Below, in pieces: positions 8,419 to 16,403 of a stretch of 32,000 nt of DNA. The first letter of the stretch is position 1. Each line of letters starts with the position of its first letter. Origin of the DNA: Ignicoccus pacificus DSM 13166 (lineage in GTDB: Archaea > Thermoproteota > Thermoprotei_A > Sulfolobales > Ignicoccaceae); NCBI GenBank assembly GCA_025340205.1, contig CP006868.1:570001-602000 (forward strand), given 5' to 3'. A model generated the notes under the pieces. The model had not been told where the DNA came from. It saw nothing but the letters and a program-made list of their open reading frames with translations, and ran no database searches. The position numbers and the translations under genes were made by a program.

Positions 8419-8988
8419 ATGATAATAATTGGTGGGCAGAACGGCACGGGCAAGACGTCGCTGTGTAAGGCGCTGGAAAGCTACGGCATCAAGTGTCACC
8501 AAGTTCCTCCCCTGTGCTACGATCCCTCCCTCACTAAGCTCGGGTTTGAAATATATGCCCTCAGCAAGATAGTTGAGAACCTTAAGGGAGATGCCGTCGA
8601 CGAGTCGCCTCTTACCGTAGCCCTCTACGTAAGGGCAATGCCCTTCATAGTTAAGGAGTTGGAGCCTCACGTAGACGTTTACGTGGAAATAGTAAATGGG
8701 ATAGAAGGATACGTGAAGGAGAGGAAGGAAAGGGGGGACGTATTCGTATGGCTCACCGCTCACCCAGCTGTAGTATGGGAAAGGTTGACGAAGAGGACTG
8801 AATGCGCGAAGAGGGACATGATAAAGGACCCCACTCACGTGGGAGCGCTCCACGCCGAGGAGGAAAAGTTGCTCAAGGAATGGAAGAAGAAGGGACTGGT
8901 AGACCTAATCTTAGATACCAGCGAGAGAAGACCGGAGGAGCTGGCCGAGGAGGTGATCAAGCTTGTTGAGAATAAGAATAGAAAGTGA
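8419..8988 (+). CDS. P-loop NTPase, nucleoside/nucleotide kinase-like (UPF0200-like)
   Basis: Walker A motif IIIGGQNGTGKTS at the N-terminus, about 190 aa, with a lid-like ERLTKRTECAKRD segment. It is followed by an overlapping UPF0201-type gene, an adjacency I recall from other archaea. Confidence 0.55.
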   Translation: MIIIGGQNGTGKTSLCKALESYGIKCHQVPPLCYDPSLTKLGFEIYALSKIVENLKGDAVDESPLTVALYVRAMPFIVKELEPHVDVYVEIVNGIEGYVKERKERGDVFVWLTAHPAVVWERLTKRTECAKRDMIKDPTHVGALHAEEEKLLKEWKKKGLVDLILDTSERRPEELAEEVIKLVENKNRK

Positions 8989-9367
8989 GGTGAGGCCCAC
9001 AGAGGATCCACAAAAAGTCCTCAAAGCTCTGAGGAAGCTGTTCTCAACGAACTTTGAGCTCGTAGAAAGGGGAGAAGGCTGGGCCAGCTGGGTAGGGGAG
9101 TGTGAGGACCCATCTTGCCTTGAACCGTTGAGGAGCGCCATACACTCGAAATCTTTGGACTTCACCTTCAGATCGGAGCTAAGGAAGCTGGCCAGGGGAG
9201 GGGGAGGAAGGCTAGTCTTCAGGCTCAACAAACAAGCGGCCTTTGTTGGTGTACCCTCCTTCGCCGAAGAGGACGTGGATTCGCCCATGGGTCCCATAAT
9301 AGTGGAGATAGAGGCGGATTCCCAAGAGGAGCTTTACGAGCTAATCAACTGGTTGACGGGTGAGTGA
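8963..9367 (+). CDS. UPF0201 family protein (COG1931, predicted RNA-binding)
   Basis: The N-terminal SEVRPTEDPQKVLKALRKLF and the later LNKQAAFVGVPSF...DSPMGPIIVEIE match the archaeal UPF0201 pattern as I recall it. TTG start overlaps the upstream gene by 26 nt. Confidence 0.6.
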   Translation: MLRIRIESEVRPTEDPQKVLKALRKLFSTNFELVERGEGWASWVGECEDPSCLEPLRSAIHSKSLDFTFRSELRKLARGGGGRLVFRLNKQAAFVGVPSFAEEDVDSPMGPIIVEIEADSQEELYELINWLTGE

Positions 9368-9798
9368 TCGTGGTAACGATTTACAGCGTGGTCTTGGTTG
9401 AAGCTAAAGGAGTAAAGCACTGCGACATGACTGTGGAAAACGGGAGGCTCAAGTTGGAGCTCTTGGGAGAGAGGCTGAGGGGGAAGAGCAGGAGGGGGCT
9501 TTCAAAGCAGATGGACTTGCTACTCTACAAGCTTGAAAAGGAAAAGAGGAAGAACTACGGTAAAAAGGAAGTTATCCTTGACTTGAGCTTTGACGACATA
9601 AGGTGCTGGAGGATAGAGAGACATACGGGCAAGGGCATAGCAAGAGAGTACCAAAACACCTTCGTGTTCATAATTAGAACCAAGGATGGAAAGGAGTACA
9701 AGATGCTCGTGTCTGATAAGGTCTTCAAGATGTTTATAGATAAAGTGATTAAGCAATTTAAGAGAGCTGAGATCGAAAAGTGCTCCTTCAGAAGGTAA
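9364..9798 (+). CDS. Hypothetical basic protein
   Basis: 144-aa ORF. GTG 9364 overlaps the upstream TGA (GTGA). An internal Met at codon 22 is an alternative start. No family recognised. Confidence 0.45.
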   Translation: MIVVTIYSVVLVEAKGVKHCDMTVENGRLKLELLGERLRGKSRRGLSKQMDLLLYKLEKEKRKNYGKKEVILDLSFDDIRCWRIERHTGKGIAREYQNTFVFIIRTKDGKEYKMLVSDKVFKMFIDKVIKQFKRAEIEKCSFRR

Positions 9799-9835
9799 AT
9801 TAGCCTTTTCGAAAGGAGCTCAGTAGGTCCCGAAA

Positions 9836-10657
9836 GTGGAGGGGAGGAGACTCTGGATATATGAGACCTACGGTCACGTCTACGATGTTTACGTTAAGGG
9901 AAAAGACGTTCTAGCAGTTAATGAGAACAAGCTCCTACTTCTTAATGAAGAGGATTACAAGGTACTCTACCAAGCCCCCTTCGGTCTAACCTGCGTGAAG
10001 CCTATGGAATTTGAACTCGTTTTAGGAATGGAAGGGAAAGCGCTCCTCTTCCTAGGGGAGGAGGAAAGTAAGGTCGATCTAGAATATGGAGTTAACGACT
10101 GTATGCCTAAGGGGAACAAGGTAGCAGTAGGTCTATGCTGTAACGGAATGGCTTTGGTTGAAGATGGAGAGGTGAAGTGGCACTTGGAGACGGACAACCA
10201 CGTGTACTCTGTCGATTGGTACGGAGACGTAATAATAGGGGCGGGCTTCGACGGCTTCCTTTACGCTGTAGGCGAGGAGGGAAAGGTGCTCCATAAGCTC
10301 CCATTAGCTGAGAACGTGAACGTGGCTAGGGTTTGCGGGGACCTAATAGCGGTAGGGACCTTCGAGCCCGGTCAGCTCTACTTGCTCAAATATGATAAGA
10401 ACAACGGCTTCCAGATGGTTTGGGGAAAGAGGGATTTCTTTGACGTGAGGGCTTTAGCTTGGAGAAACGACTGCGAGTACTTGTTCGTGGCTGACTGGGA
10501 TGGAACGGTTGAGATATACGATCGACTAGGAAACATAGCATTGAAAGGAGTCGGGCCCAGATCTATGGAAAGCGCGCATTGGAATGGCGATTACGTGGCT
10601 TTAGGAGGCTGGGGAAGGATAGAACTCTACGAGATCAAAGAATCTTCCTCTGAATGA
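9836..10657 (+). CDS. Signal-less beta-propeller-like protein, paralogue of the repeat module in the 1158-aa surface protein
   Basis: VARVCGDLIAVGTFEPGQLYLLKY...VRALAWRNDCEYLFVADWDGTVEIYDRLGNIALK...HWNGDYVALGGWGRIELYEIKE aligns with VHDVGVCGKYLAVVTSNKLYLYKL...QNLAFSPDCRYVAVADTGNRALKIYDIQGNLVLK...DWRKDWIAVSSGYYVYLFKVEG. There is no N-terminal hydrophobic signal. Confidence 0.7.
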   Translation: MEGRRLWIYETYGHVYDVYVKGKDVLAVNENKLLLLNEEDYKVLYQAPFGLTCVKPMEFELVLGMEGKALLFLGEEESKVDLEYGVNDCMPKGNKVAVGLCCNGMALVEDGEVKWHLETDNHVYSVDWYGDVIIGAGFDGFLYAVGEEGKVLHKLPLAENVNVARVCGDLIAVGTFEPGQLYLLKYDKNNGFQMVWGKRDFFDVRALAWRNDCEYLFVADWDGTVEIYDRLGNIALKGVGPRSMESAHWNGDYVALGGWGRIELYEIKESSSE

Positions 10658-10993
10658 GGTAAGCTAGGAGGGGAGCGGTATAGAGCAACGTAAGGAGGGT
10701 CCTCCCTAGTACTGATATGCTGGAGTTGATGAATGCCATCGAAATAGCGTCCACTAGCTTCCTCCAGCTCATTTTAGCCCCTTAGAGGTATAGCCTTTCC
10801 GAGAGCTAGGAAAGAACGGTTTCAATGACACTTATCTCTCACCCCGATATGGTCTAGGTAAGACCGGAGATGAGCGCGAGTCGGAGAGCCGAGGGGTGAG
10901 GAGACCAGCTGAGCGGCGATCCATTTCCCACCCCAAACCCGCGTCCCTCCTTTAAACGGGTGGTCCATCTCTATAATCGAGGGGAACCAAGAA

Positions 10994-11812
10994 GTGACCG
11001 ACAAAGTGAGGTACAGAGCGGCTCTCAGAGGATGGCGGATAGTCGACGCCTTGGCCAGACCGGTATACAAGATATACGAGAGGAAGCTGGAGGACGAGGT
11101 GAAGAGCGGTCCTATACCGAAGCACGTGGGAGTGATTCCAGACGGAAATAGAAGATGGGCACGAATGAGAGGCTTGCAGGAGTGGCTAGGTCATAAGGAA
11201 GGCTACAAGAAGATGAGGGAAGTACTCCTCTGGCTCTTAGACGTGGGAGTAGAGATAGTAACTGTATTCGCCATGTCCACGGAGAACTGCTCGAGAAGGA
11301 AGAAGGAGGAGAGGGAGAAGCTCTACGAGCTCATAGCTGGTGGTCTAAGGGAGTTAGCAAAAGAGGAGATCGTTCACAAAAATAGAATTAGGGTGAAGGT
11401 AATAGGAAGGGACAACATGTGGCCTGACTTCCTCAAAGAGGCTGCTAAGTACGTTGAGGAAGTAACCAAGGACTACGGGGATAGGCACATAAACATAGCC
11501 GTCTGTTATGGAGGAAGACAAGAGATCGTGGACGCCGTGAAGAAGATAGCGGAGAAGGTGAAGAGGGGAGAGCTAGAACCGGAGGAAATAGATGAGGAGA
11601 CCATAAGCAAGCACTTGTACACCGCTCACCTTCCAGACCCAGACCTAATAATAAGGACCTCGGGAGAGGAGAGGATAAGCAACTTCCTCTTGTGGCAGTC
11701 CGCTTACAGCGAGCTCTACTTCGCAGATATGTACTGGCCCGAGATAAGGAAGATAGATATCTTGAGAGCAATTAGGGATTATCAAAGGAGACAGAGAAGG
11801 TTTGGAAGATAA
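10994..11812 (+). CDS. uppS: cis-prenyltransferase (undecaprenyl/tritrans,polycis-polyprenyl diphosphate synthase)
   Basis: HVGVIPDGNRRWAR and RTSGEERISNFLLWQSAYSELYF are hallmark UppS motifs. GTG start. Confidence 0.9.
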   Translation: MTDKVRYRAALRGWRIVDALARPVYKIYERKLEDEVKSGPIPKHVGVIPDGNRRWARMRGLQEWLGHKEGYKKMREVLLWLLDVGVEIVTVFAMSTENCSRRKKEEREKLYELIAGGLRELAKEEIVHKNRIRVKVIGRDNMWPDFLKEAAKYVEEVTKDYGDRHINIAVCYGGRQEIVDAVKKIAEKVKRGELEPEEIDEETISKHLYTAHLPDPDLIIRTSGEERISNFLLWQSAYSELYFADMYWPEIRKIDILRAIRDYQRRQRRFGR

Positions 11813-11822
11813 AAAGGGTCGG

Positions 11823-11848
11823 CTGAGAGAAGAGTCATCACCTCTCAG
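11823..11848. terminator. Hairpin between convergent uppS and dut
   Basis: ctgagag (11823-11829) pairs with ctctcag (11842-11848), giving a 7-bp stem and a 12-nt loop in the 51-nt convergent spacer. Confidence 0.25.
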
Positions 11849-11863
11849 GAGACCGTCGTGCGC

Positions 11864-12280
11864 TCATCCCCCCGTAGAGCCGAAGCCTCCTCTCCTTCCA
11901 TCGTTCGGAGGGAGTTCTTCAACCTCCACCGGATCGAAGTAGGCTACTGGAACTATTACTAGCTGTGCTATCCTCTCTCCCCTCTTAATTTCAATTTCCT
12001 TATCCGTAACGTTGGTCATAACTACCTTAAGCTCACCTCTATATCCGGAATCTATCACTCCGGCTAGACAGTGGAGACCCTTCAAGGCTTTTGAGGATCT
12101 ATCCTTCACCAAGCCTACGAAGCCTCTGGGAATGGCAACCGCTATTCCCGTTCTAACGGCCTTTACCTCATTTGGTTTTATTGTAGTATCTTCCAGAGCA
12201 TACAAATCTAACCCAGCATCCCAAGGATTAGCCCTCGTGGGGAGAATCGCTTCCTTCACGAACCTTTTTACCGGAAGCAC
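11864..12280 (-). CDS. dut: dUTP diphosphatase (trimeric dUTPase family)
   Basis: Motifs DAGLDLYA, GVIDSGYRGEL, RIAQLVI and the C-terminal RGGFGSTG. GTG start at 12278-12280. Confidence 0.85.
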   Translation of the reverse strand: MLPVKRFVKEAILPTRANPWDAGLDLYALEDTTIKPNEVKAVRTGIAVAIPRGFVGLVKDRSSKALKGLHCLAGVIDSGYRGELKVVMTNVTDKEIEIKRGERIAQLVIVPVAYFDPVEVEELPPNDGRRGGFGSTGG

Positions 12281-12914
12281 GGGAGGCCCTCCAAGAAGCT
12301 AGGAGGCCCAGAAATATGAAGGGGGATCCCTTGAAGTCCTCCACCGCTTCCAACTTGGCGGGTCTGGGAACCTTCTTCTTCTCAGGGGACTTCACCACTA
12401 CCTTCTCTTCAATGAGTTTTATGGGATAGAGCTTCTCCCCGAACAAGTAGAGGCCTCCTCCCGAGACTACGGACTCCACCAAGGACAACAGGGTGGGGTA
12501 GCGATATAGGTAGTCCTCACCCAAGACCAAGGGAGGATAAGCTCCGGTGGCTATGTGCCAAGCGCTGTCGCCGAGGACGTTTACCTTGAAGGATATGAGG
12601 AAGCCGTCGAACACGTAATTACCATCCTTGTCCTTCTTCGCCGTGCTCACCACTACCACGTTGCCCCTCTTCCTCAGCTCGTCGAGAGCCGCAGCTTGGT
12701 TCTTGTCAAACTTCATGTAAGCTATTGCTAAGTCTGCGGTAATCATCTTGAAGCCCAAGGGGAAGTAGGAACCTGCCCTCTCCTTGCTCGTCAGCACCGT
12801 CAGCTTGCAGAGCCTCCAGTTCCCCACTATCTTGTCGGCGTCGGAGGGGCCCACTATGGCCACTACCAGCGGTCTTTTGAGCTCCGTCAGCATGCGTTCG
12901 AATCGGTGGAGCAT
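12228..12914 (-). CDS. Hypothetical protein
   Basis: 228-aa ORF with no family recognised. Its last ~17 codons overlap the dut start in another frame (53 nt). Confidence 0.5.
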   Translation of the reverse strand: MLHRFERMLTELKRPLVVAIVGPSDADKIVGNWRLCKLTVLTSKERAGSYFPLGFKMITADLAIAYMKFDKNQAAALDELRKRGNVVVVSTAKKDKDGNYVFDGFLISFKVNVLGDSAWHIATGAYPPLVLGEDYLYRYPTLLSLVESVVSGGGLYLFGEKLYPIKLIEEKVVVKSPEKKKVPRPAKLEAVEDFKGSPFIFLGLLASWRASRASGKKVREGSDSPHEG

Positions 12915-12964
12915 TCGATACCCCTTAGCTCTATAGTGGCATAGGTAAAGTAGGTGAGGTTAAT

Positions 12965-14041
12965 TTGAGGATAGCAATAGTAGGAGCCGGTTTCGCCGGT
13001 CTCATAGCAGCTAGGGAACTTAGCAAGGTTTCTCACGTCGTAATTTACGAAGAACACGAGGAGGTGGGGGTGCCGGAGCACTGCACAGGAATAGTCTCCG
13101 AAAGGGTGGTGGAGGAGATCGGAGAGAGTGCTAAGAGGAACGTGGAAGGCTACTTGGAGGAGTTCAAGGTAGGACTGCCAAGCGGAAAGGGAATAACTCT
13201 CAAGGGTCCAAAGAGGTTCACCGCCAAGCTGAACAGAGTTGGCTTGGAAAAGGACTTGCTTGAGGAGATATTGAGCGAGGGAGTTGAGTTTAGGAATGAA
13301 ATGGTACTTAACGTATCAAAGGACGCTAGAGTGAACGACGAGGCGTACGATAGGGCCATAATCGCTGAGGGGTGGAGGGCGGAGCTCTCGAAGAGGTTAG
13401 GGATAGCGCATAAGGCTAGGATCGTTTATGGAATAAACTTTGAGGTAAAGGGTAAAACAGCTCATCCGGGCTCCGTAGAAATATGGTTCGATAAAGCTCT
13501 AGCTCCGGGGTTCTTCGCTTGGGTAGTGATGCTAGAGGATAAGGCAGTTGTCGGAACGGCCTCTGAACCGAGGAAGGCGAACGTGAGAGAACTCGCTAAG
13601 AAGGTGAAGGAGATAGCAGAGAAGAGGGATTTGATCAAAGGTGGGGTAACTAAAGAGTATGGAGGAGTGATCTTGACCGGTCCTCCGGCCTTAAGTCCTT
13701 GTACAACCAAGGTCTGTTCCTTTGGAGACGCTGCCGGTCTGAACAAGCCCCTTACGGGGGGAGGTCTTTATCCGAATACAGTAATAGCTAAGAGGTTCCC
13801 CGATACGTTTCCTAACTTAAGGAAAGCTTACTATCCATTAGTTGAGAGACTTAGGCTAGAAACCATCTTAGCGAGGATAGCTCATAAGGCCCCTCAGAGG
13901 TTCTACGAGAAGTTCTTCGAGAACATGAATGGGATGGAGATAAGGATAAACGAGTACGATAACCATCTAAGGACGCTGAGGGAAATGGGTATCGGAAACC
14001 TCCTAAGACTCCTTGGAGTTACCTTGAGATCTCTCTTCTAG
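12965..14041 (+). CDS. FAD-dependent oxidoreductase, geranylgeranyl reductase family
   Basis: N-terminal dinucleotide fold IAIVGAGFAGLIAA and a later FGDAAGLNKPLTGGG motif typical of GGR-type flavoproteins. SD-like AGGTGAGG lies 6 nt before TTG 12965. Confidence 0.7.
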   Translation: MRIAIVGAGFAGLIAARELSKVSHVVIYEEHEEVGVPEHCTGIVSERVVEEIGESAKRNVEGYLEEFKVGLPSGKGITLKGPKRFTAKLNRVGLEKDLLEEILSEGVEFRNEMVLNVSKDARVNDEAYDRAIIAEGWRAELSKRLGIAHKARIVYGINFEVKGKTAHPGSVEIWFDKALAPGFFAWVVMLEDKAVVGTASEPRKANVRELAKKVKEIAEKRDLIKGGVTKEYGGVILTGPPALSPCTTKVCSFGDAAGLNKPLTGGGLYPNTVIAKRFPDTFPNLRKAYYPLVERLRLETILARIAHKAPQRFYEKFFENMNGMEIRINEYDNHLRTLREMGIGNLLRLLGVTLRSLF

Positions 14042-14704
14042 CTCCTCGATCGCTATTTCCTTCAGCTTGTACGTGCCCGTGGTCCTATCCTTAACTACTA
14101 AACCATCCTTTACAAGCGCCTTAAGCCTGTTTTGAATGGTAGTTTTAGTGTAGCCATGTCCTTCCTTCTTGAGAGTACTGTATATATCTTGAAGTCTCGC
14201 CTCTCCAAAAGCTAAGAGCCTCATTATGTCTCTGTCCAAGCTGTCTTTCATGTATACGTGCATCAAGAACTTGCTTATGTTTATCAGTGGAAGCAGGGTA
14301 CCCGAGGTGGGATCGCTTTCTATCTCTAGGAATAACCAGACCTTCTCTTGATCCTCTAGCCTTAGGCTTAGGGCGGCTGTGTACAAGGCTAATACTATGA
14401 ACCTCATTCCACAAGAGAGGCAGATCACGTTTATCCCTTTCTTCACCCTCTCCTCAAGTTCCCTTCCGATGAGTAAGGCGGCCTTGATTATTCCCTTCGG
14501 TTCCTTGGGCACCTCTACCTCGTGAACTACGGAGTAACCCCTAGCGATCATCCTGAAGTTCTCTAAAGCCACCTTACCTCTGTCGTCTTGATTCTTAGGA
14601 ATGTAGGCTATTATTTCGTTGATCTCTCCCCACTTCTTCTGGGCGGCTATCATGCAGTGCATGGGACCTCTTTCGTCGAAGCCTACGGGGGTGTGAAGAA
14701 ACAT
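14003..14704 (-). CDS. Csa3-like regulator: CARF-type N-domain + C-terminal winged helix-turn-helix
   Basis: N-terminal HTPVGFDERG (compare TLGFDE of Csa3/cas_HTH proteins) and LSCGMRFIVLALYTAA (compare LSGGMR). The C-terminal wHTH is RDIMRLLAFGEARLQDIYSTLKKEGHGYTKTTIQNRLKALVKDGLVV. ATG at 14702-14704 is preceded by GGTG, 11 nt after the upstream stop. Confidence 0.6.
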   Translation of the reverse strand: MFLHTPVGFDERGPMHCMIAAQKKWGEINEIIAYIPKNQDDRGKVALENFRMIARGYSVVHEVEVPKEPKGIIKAALLIGRELEERVKKGINVICLSCGMRFIVLALYTAALSLRLEDQEKVWLFLEIESDPTSGTLLPLINISKFLMHVYMKDSLDRDIMRLLAFGEARLQDIYSTLKKEGHGYTKTTIQNRLKALVKDGLVVKDRTTGTYKLKEIAIEELEERSQGNSKES

Positions 14705-14715
14705 GAGGAAACACC

Positions 14716-15597
14716 TTACTTTATGTAGGCGGTAGCCCTATCCATGACAGTACAGTAGAGCTTTACCGTATCCTTGTACTTGTACTGCCAAGGTCCGGTG
14801 TAGATTAAGTGGGCCTCTAGGTTAGCTCCAGCGTAGTATAGATCTCTAGTAAGGAACAAGGCGAGGGCCTCCGCTAGGGGCTCCAAGCTGGGGTATCCCT
14901 TACCTAAGGGAGTTCTCTTCTTCAGTATGAACGTCCTGAATCTGAACGCTATTATCTGAGAGAATCTGAGGCTGAAGAACTTGTTTGTCATCTTCTTGAG
15001 CTCGTTTAATATATTCAACCAGAAGTCCACAGTGGCCTCCTTGTCTGCCGCCGCTATGTTTCCATGCTCATATACCTTTAGCTCCCTCATGAAATCGTTC
15101 TCCAGCTGAGCGCTCGGTATTACCCTTTCATCGCCAACCATCTCTATTATCTCCTTTATCTCCTTTAAGCTTCCTAAGAACCTAGCTGTGTAGGTGGTCT
15201 CAAGGGAGACGTAGATATCGGGTACCTCGCTTAATATCGCCTTGACCACGTCGACAACAGGTTCATAGTCGTAGGGAACTCCTCTTACCTTAGCTCCTAG
15301 GTGCATGTTGAATATCTTCGCCCCCGCTATCCTGGCCCTCTTGGCCGCTTGTACCATTGCCTTCTTCACTTTGTTATGGGTGTATTGATCATGATTAACT
15401 AAACTGTAATAGGGAGCGTGAGCGGTTATTAAGACGAAGTACTTGGAAGCGAGCTCGTTATACTGCTTGAAGTAATCCTCAGTGTACCACCTTCTGGAGA
15501 AGTCGGCGGGAGGGATCTCGGTCAGCCTCATTCCAGTCAAGGACGCCTTCTCGAGTTTGGTTAAGCCATTATAAGTTCCCCAATCGAACAATGCCAT
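14716..15597 (-). CDS. TIM-barrel protein, AP endonuclease 2 / xylose isomerase-like fold (divergent Endo IV-like)
   Basis: ITAHAPYYSLVNH, IFNMHLGA, YVSLETTYT and RTPLGKGY resemble Endo IV blocks (HDSYLINL, NFHPGS, IENTAG, DRHxxLGxG). Other ligand blocks are not recognisable. ATG 15595-15597 is preferred over the longer ORF to 15714, whose N-terminus is Arg/Ser-rich and would overlap thyX. Confidence 0.55.
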   Translation of the reverse strand: MALFDWGTYNGLTKLEKASLTGMRLTEIPPADFSRRWYTEDYFKQYNELASKYFVLITAHAPYYSLVNHDQYTHNKVKKAMVQAAKRARIAGAKIFNMHLGAKVRGVPYDYEPVVDVVKAILSEVPDIYVSLETTYTARFLGSLKEIKEIIEMVGDERVIPSAQLENDFMRELKVYEHGNIAAADKEATVDFWLNILNELKKMTNKFFSLRFSQIIAFRFRTFILKKRTPLGKGYPSLEPLAEALALFLTRDLYYAGANLEAHLIYTGPWQYKYKDTVKLYCTVMDRATAYIK

Positions 15598-15692
15598 AAG
15601 CTTTCCACCGTTTTGTTTACTTCGAACTCTAAAATTTAAGGAAAACACCCCAAATAAGCCTCTAGAAGCTATTGGTGATAGAGGAGGATAGT
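15598..15692. promoter_or_regulatory. Divergent promoter region between the TIM-barrel/csa3-like operon and thyX
   Basis: The spacer contains the AT-rich TATA-like element ctctaaaatttaagg (about 15627-15641). GGAGGA at 15683-15688 lies 4 nt before the in-frame TTG 15693. Confidence 0.3.
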
Positions 15693-16403
15693 TTGATCTG
15701 CGTGCCCTCACCAATGGAGAAAAAGACCACAGTTTGTTTGATAGCGTACAATAAACCGCTGCTTGACGAGGATCCTAGGAGGCTTCCCCTTCTAGCCGTC
15801 AAGACCAGTACCGGCAAGGTTATCGAGAAGGGCATTTGGCACTACCTCACGAGGGAGTGGAAAGAAGGGTGGAGCGGATGGTTGAGTCAGGCGCCGAACT
15901 CTTTTCCCTCAGTATTGGAACACATAACCTTCACTTTCTTCATAGATGGTATTTCGAGGGTTACCTCCCATCAATTGGTTAGACACCGTCTAGTATCCTT
16001 TACTCAAGAGAGTCAGAGGTATACCGAGAACAGGATACTGAAAGTAGTAGATGCGAAGGACTTGGAAGACGCTTTCGCTAAGTGGAGCGCTGTGCTGGGG
16101 AGGGGCGAAAGGGAAGTCGTGGAGGAGCTTTGCGTTCTCCCGGTGAAGGATTTCTGGAGGAGCTGCGCCGCTTCCGTGCTGGAATACCTAACTTGCAGGA
16201 TAAACGGGAAGCGCATGGAAGACTGCAGATACGCCCTTCCGCAAGCTGTGAGGACCTCAATTATGATGACCCTTAACGCTAGGGAGCTGCTGCATGTAAT
16301 AGAGCTGAGGGCGGACAGGAGGGCTCAATGGGAGATCAGAGGCGTTGCCTTGGCCTTGAAGGATCTTGCAAGAAGAATAGTACCAGAAATATTTACGAAG
16401 TGA
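15693..16403 (+). CDS. thyX: Flavin-dependent thymidylate synthase
   Basis: ThyX signature RHRLVSFTQESQRY, plus SVLEHITFTFFIDGISRVTSHQLV and the C-terminal ELRADRRAQWEIR. Start is uncertain: TTG 15693 with SD, ATG 15714, or the ORF-track start 15672. Confidence 0.9.
   Translation: MICVPSPMEKKTTVCLIAYNKPLLDEDPRRLPLLAVKTSTGKVIEKGIWHYLTREWKEGWSGWLSQAPNSFPSVLEHITFTFFIDGISRVTSHQLVRHRLVSFTQESQRYTENRILKVVDAKDLEDAFAKWSAVLGRGEREVVEELCVLPVKDFWRSCAASVLEYLTCRINGKRMEDCRYALPQAVRTSIMMTLNARELLHVIELRADRRAQWEIRGVALALKDLARRIVPEIFTK

Noticed and set aside
10719-10768. C/D box sRNA idea: a terminal 7-bp stem enclosing a TGATGA C-box-like sequence
   Set aside because: No CTGA D box lies adjacent to the 3' stem arm, and no D'/C' pair is present on either strand.
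10822-11151. 82-aa (-) and 63-aa (+) ORFs in and around the spacer upstream of uppS
   Set aside because: Both overlap the uppS 5' end, have Arg/Ser-rich composition and lack start context. The region is better treated as non-coding and possibly structured.
12228-12280. 53-nt overlap between the 228-aa hypothetical gene and the dut start, as a possible frameshift or fusion
   Set aside because: Both frames are intact. The dut N-terminus from GTG 12280 looks native up to the DAGLDL block. Short same-strand overlaps are common throughout this window.
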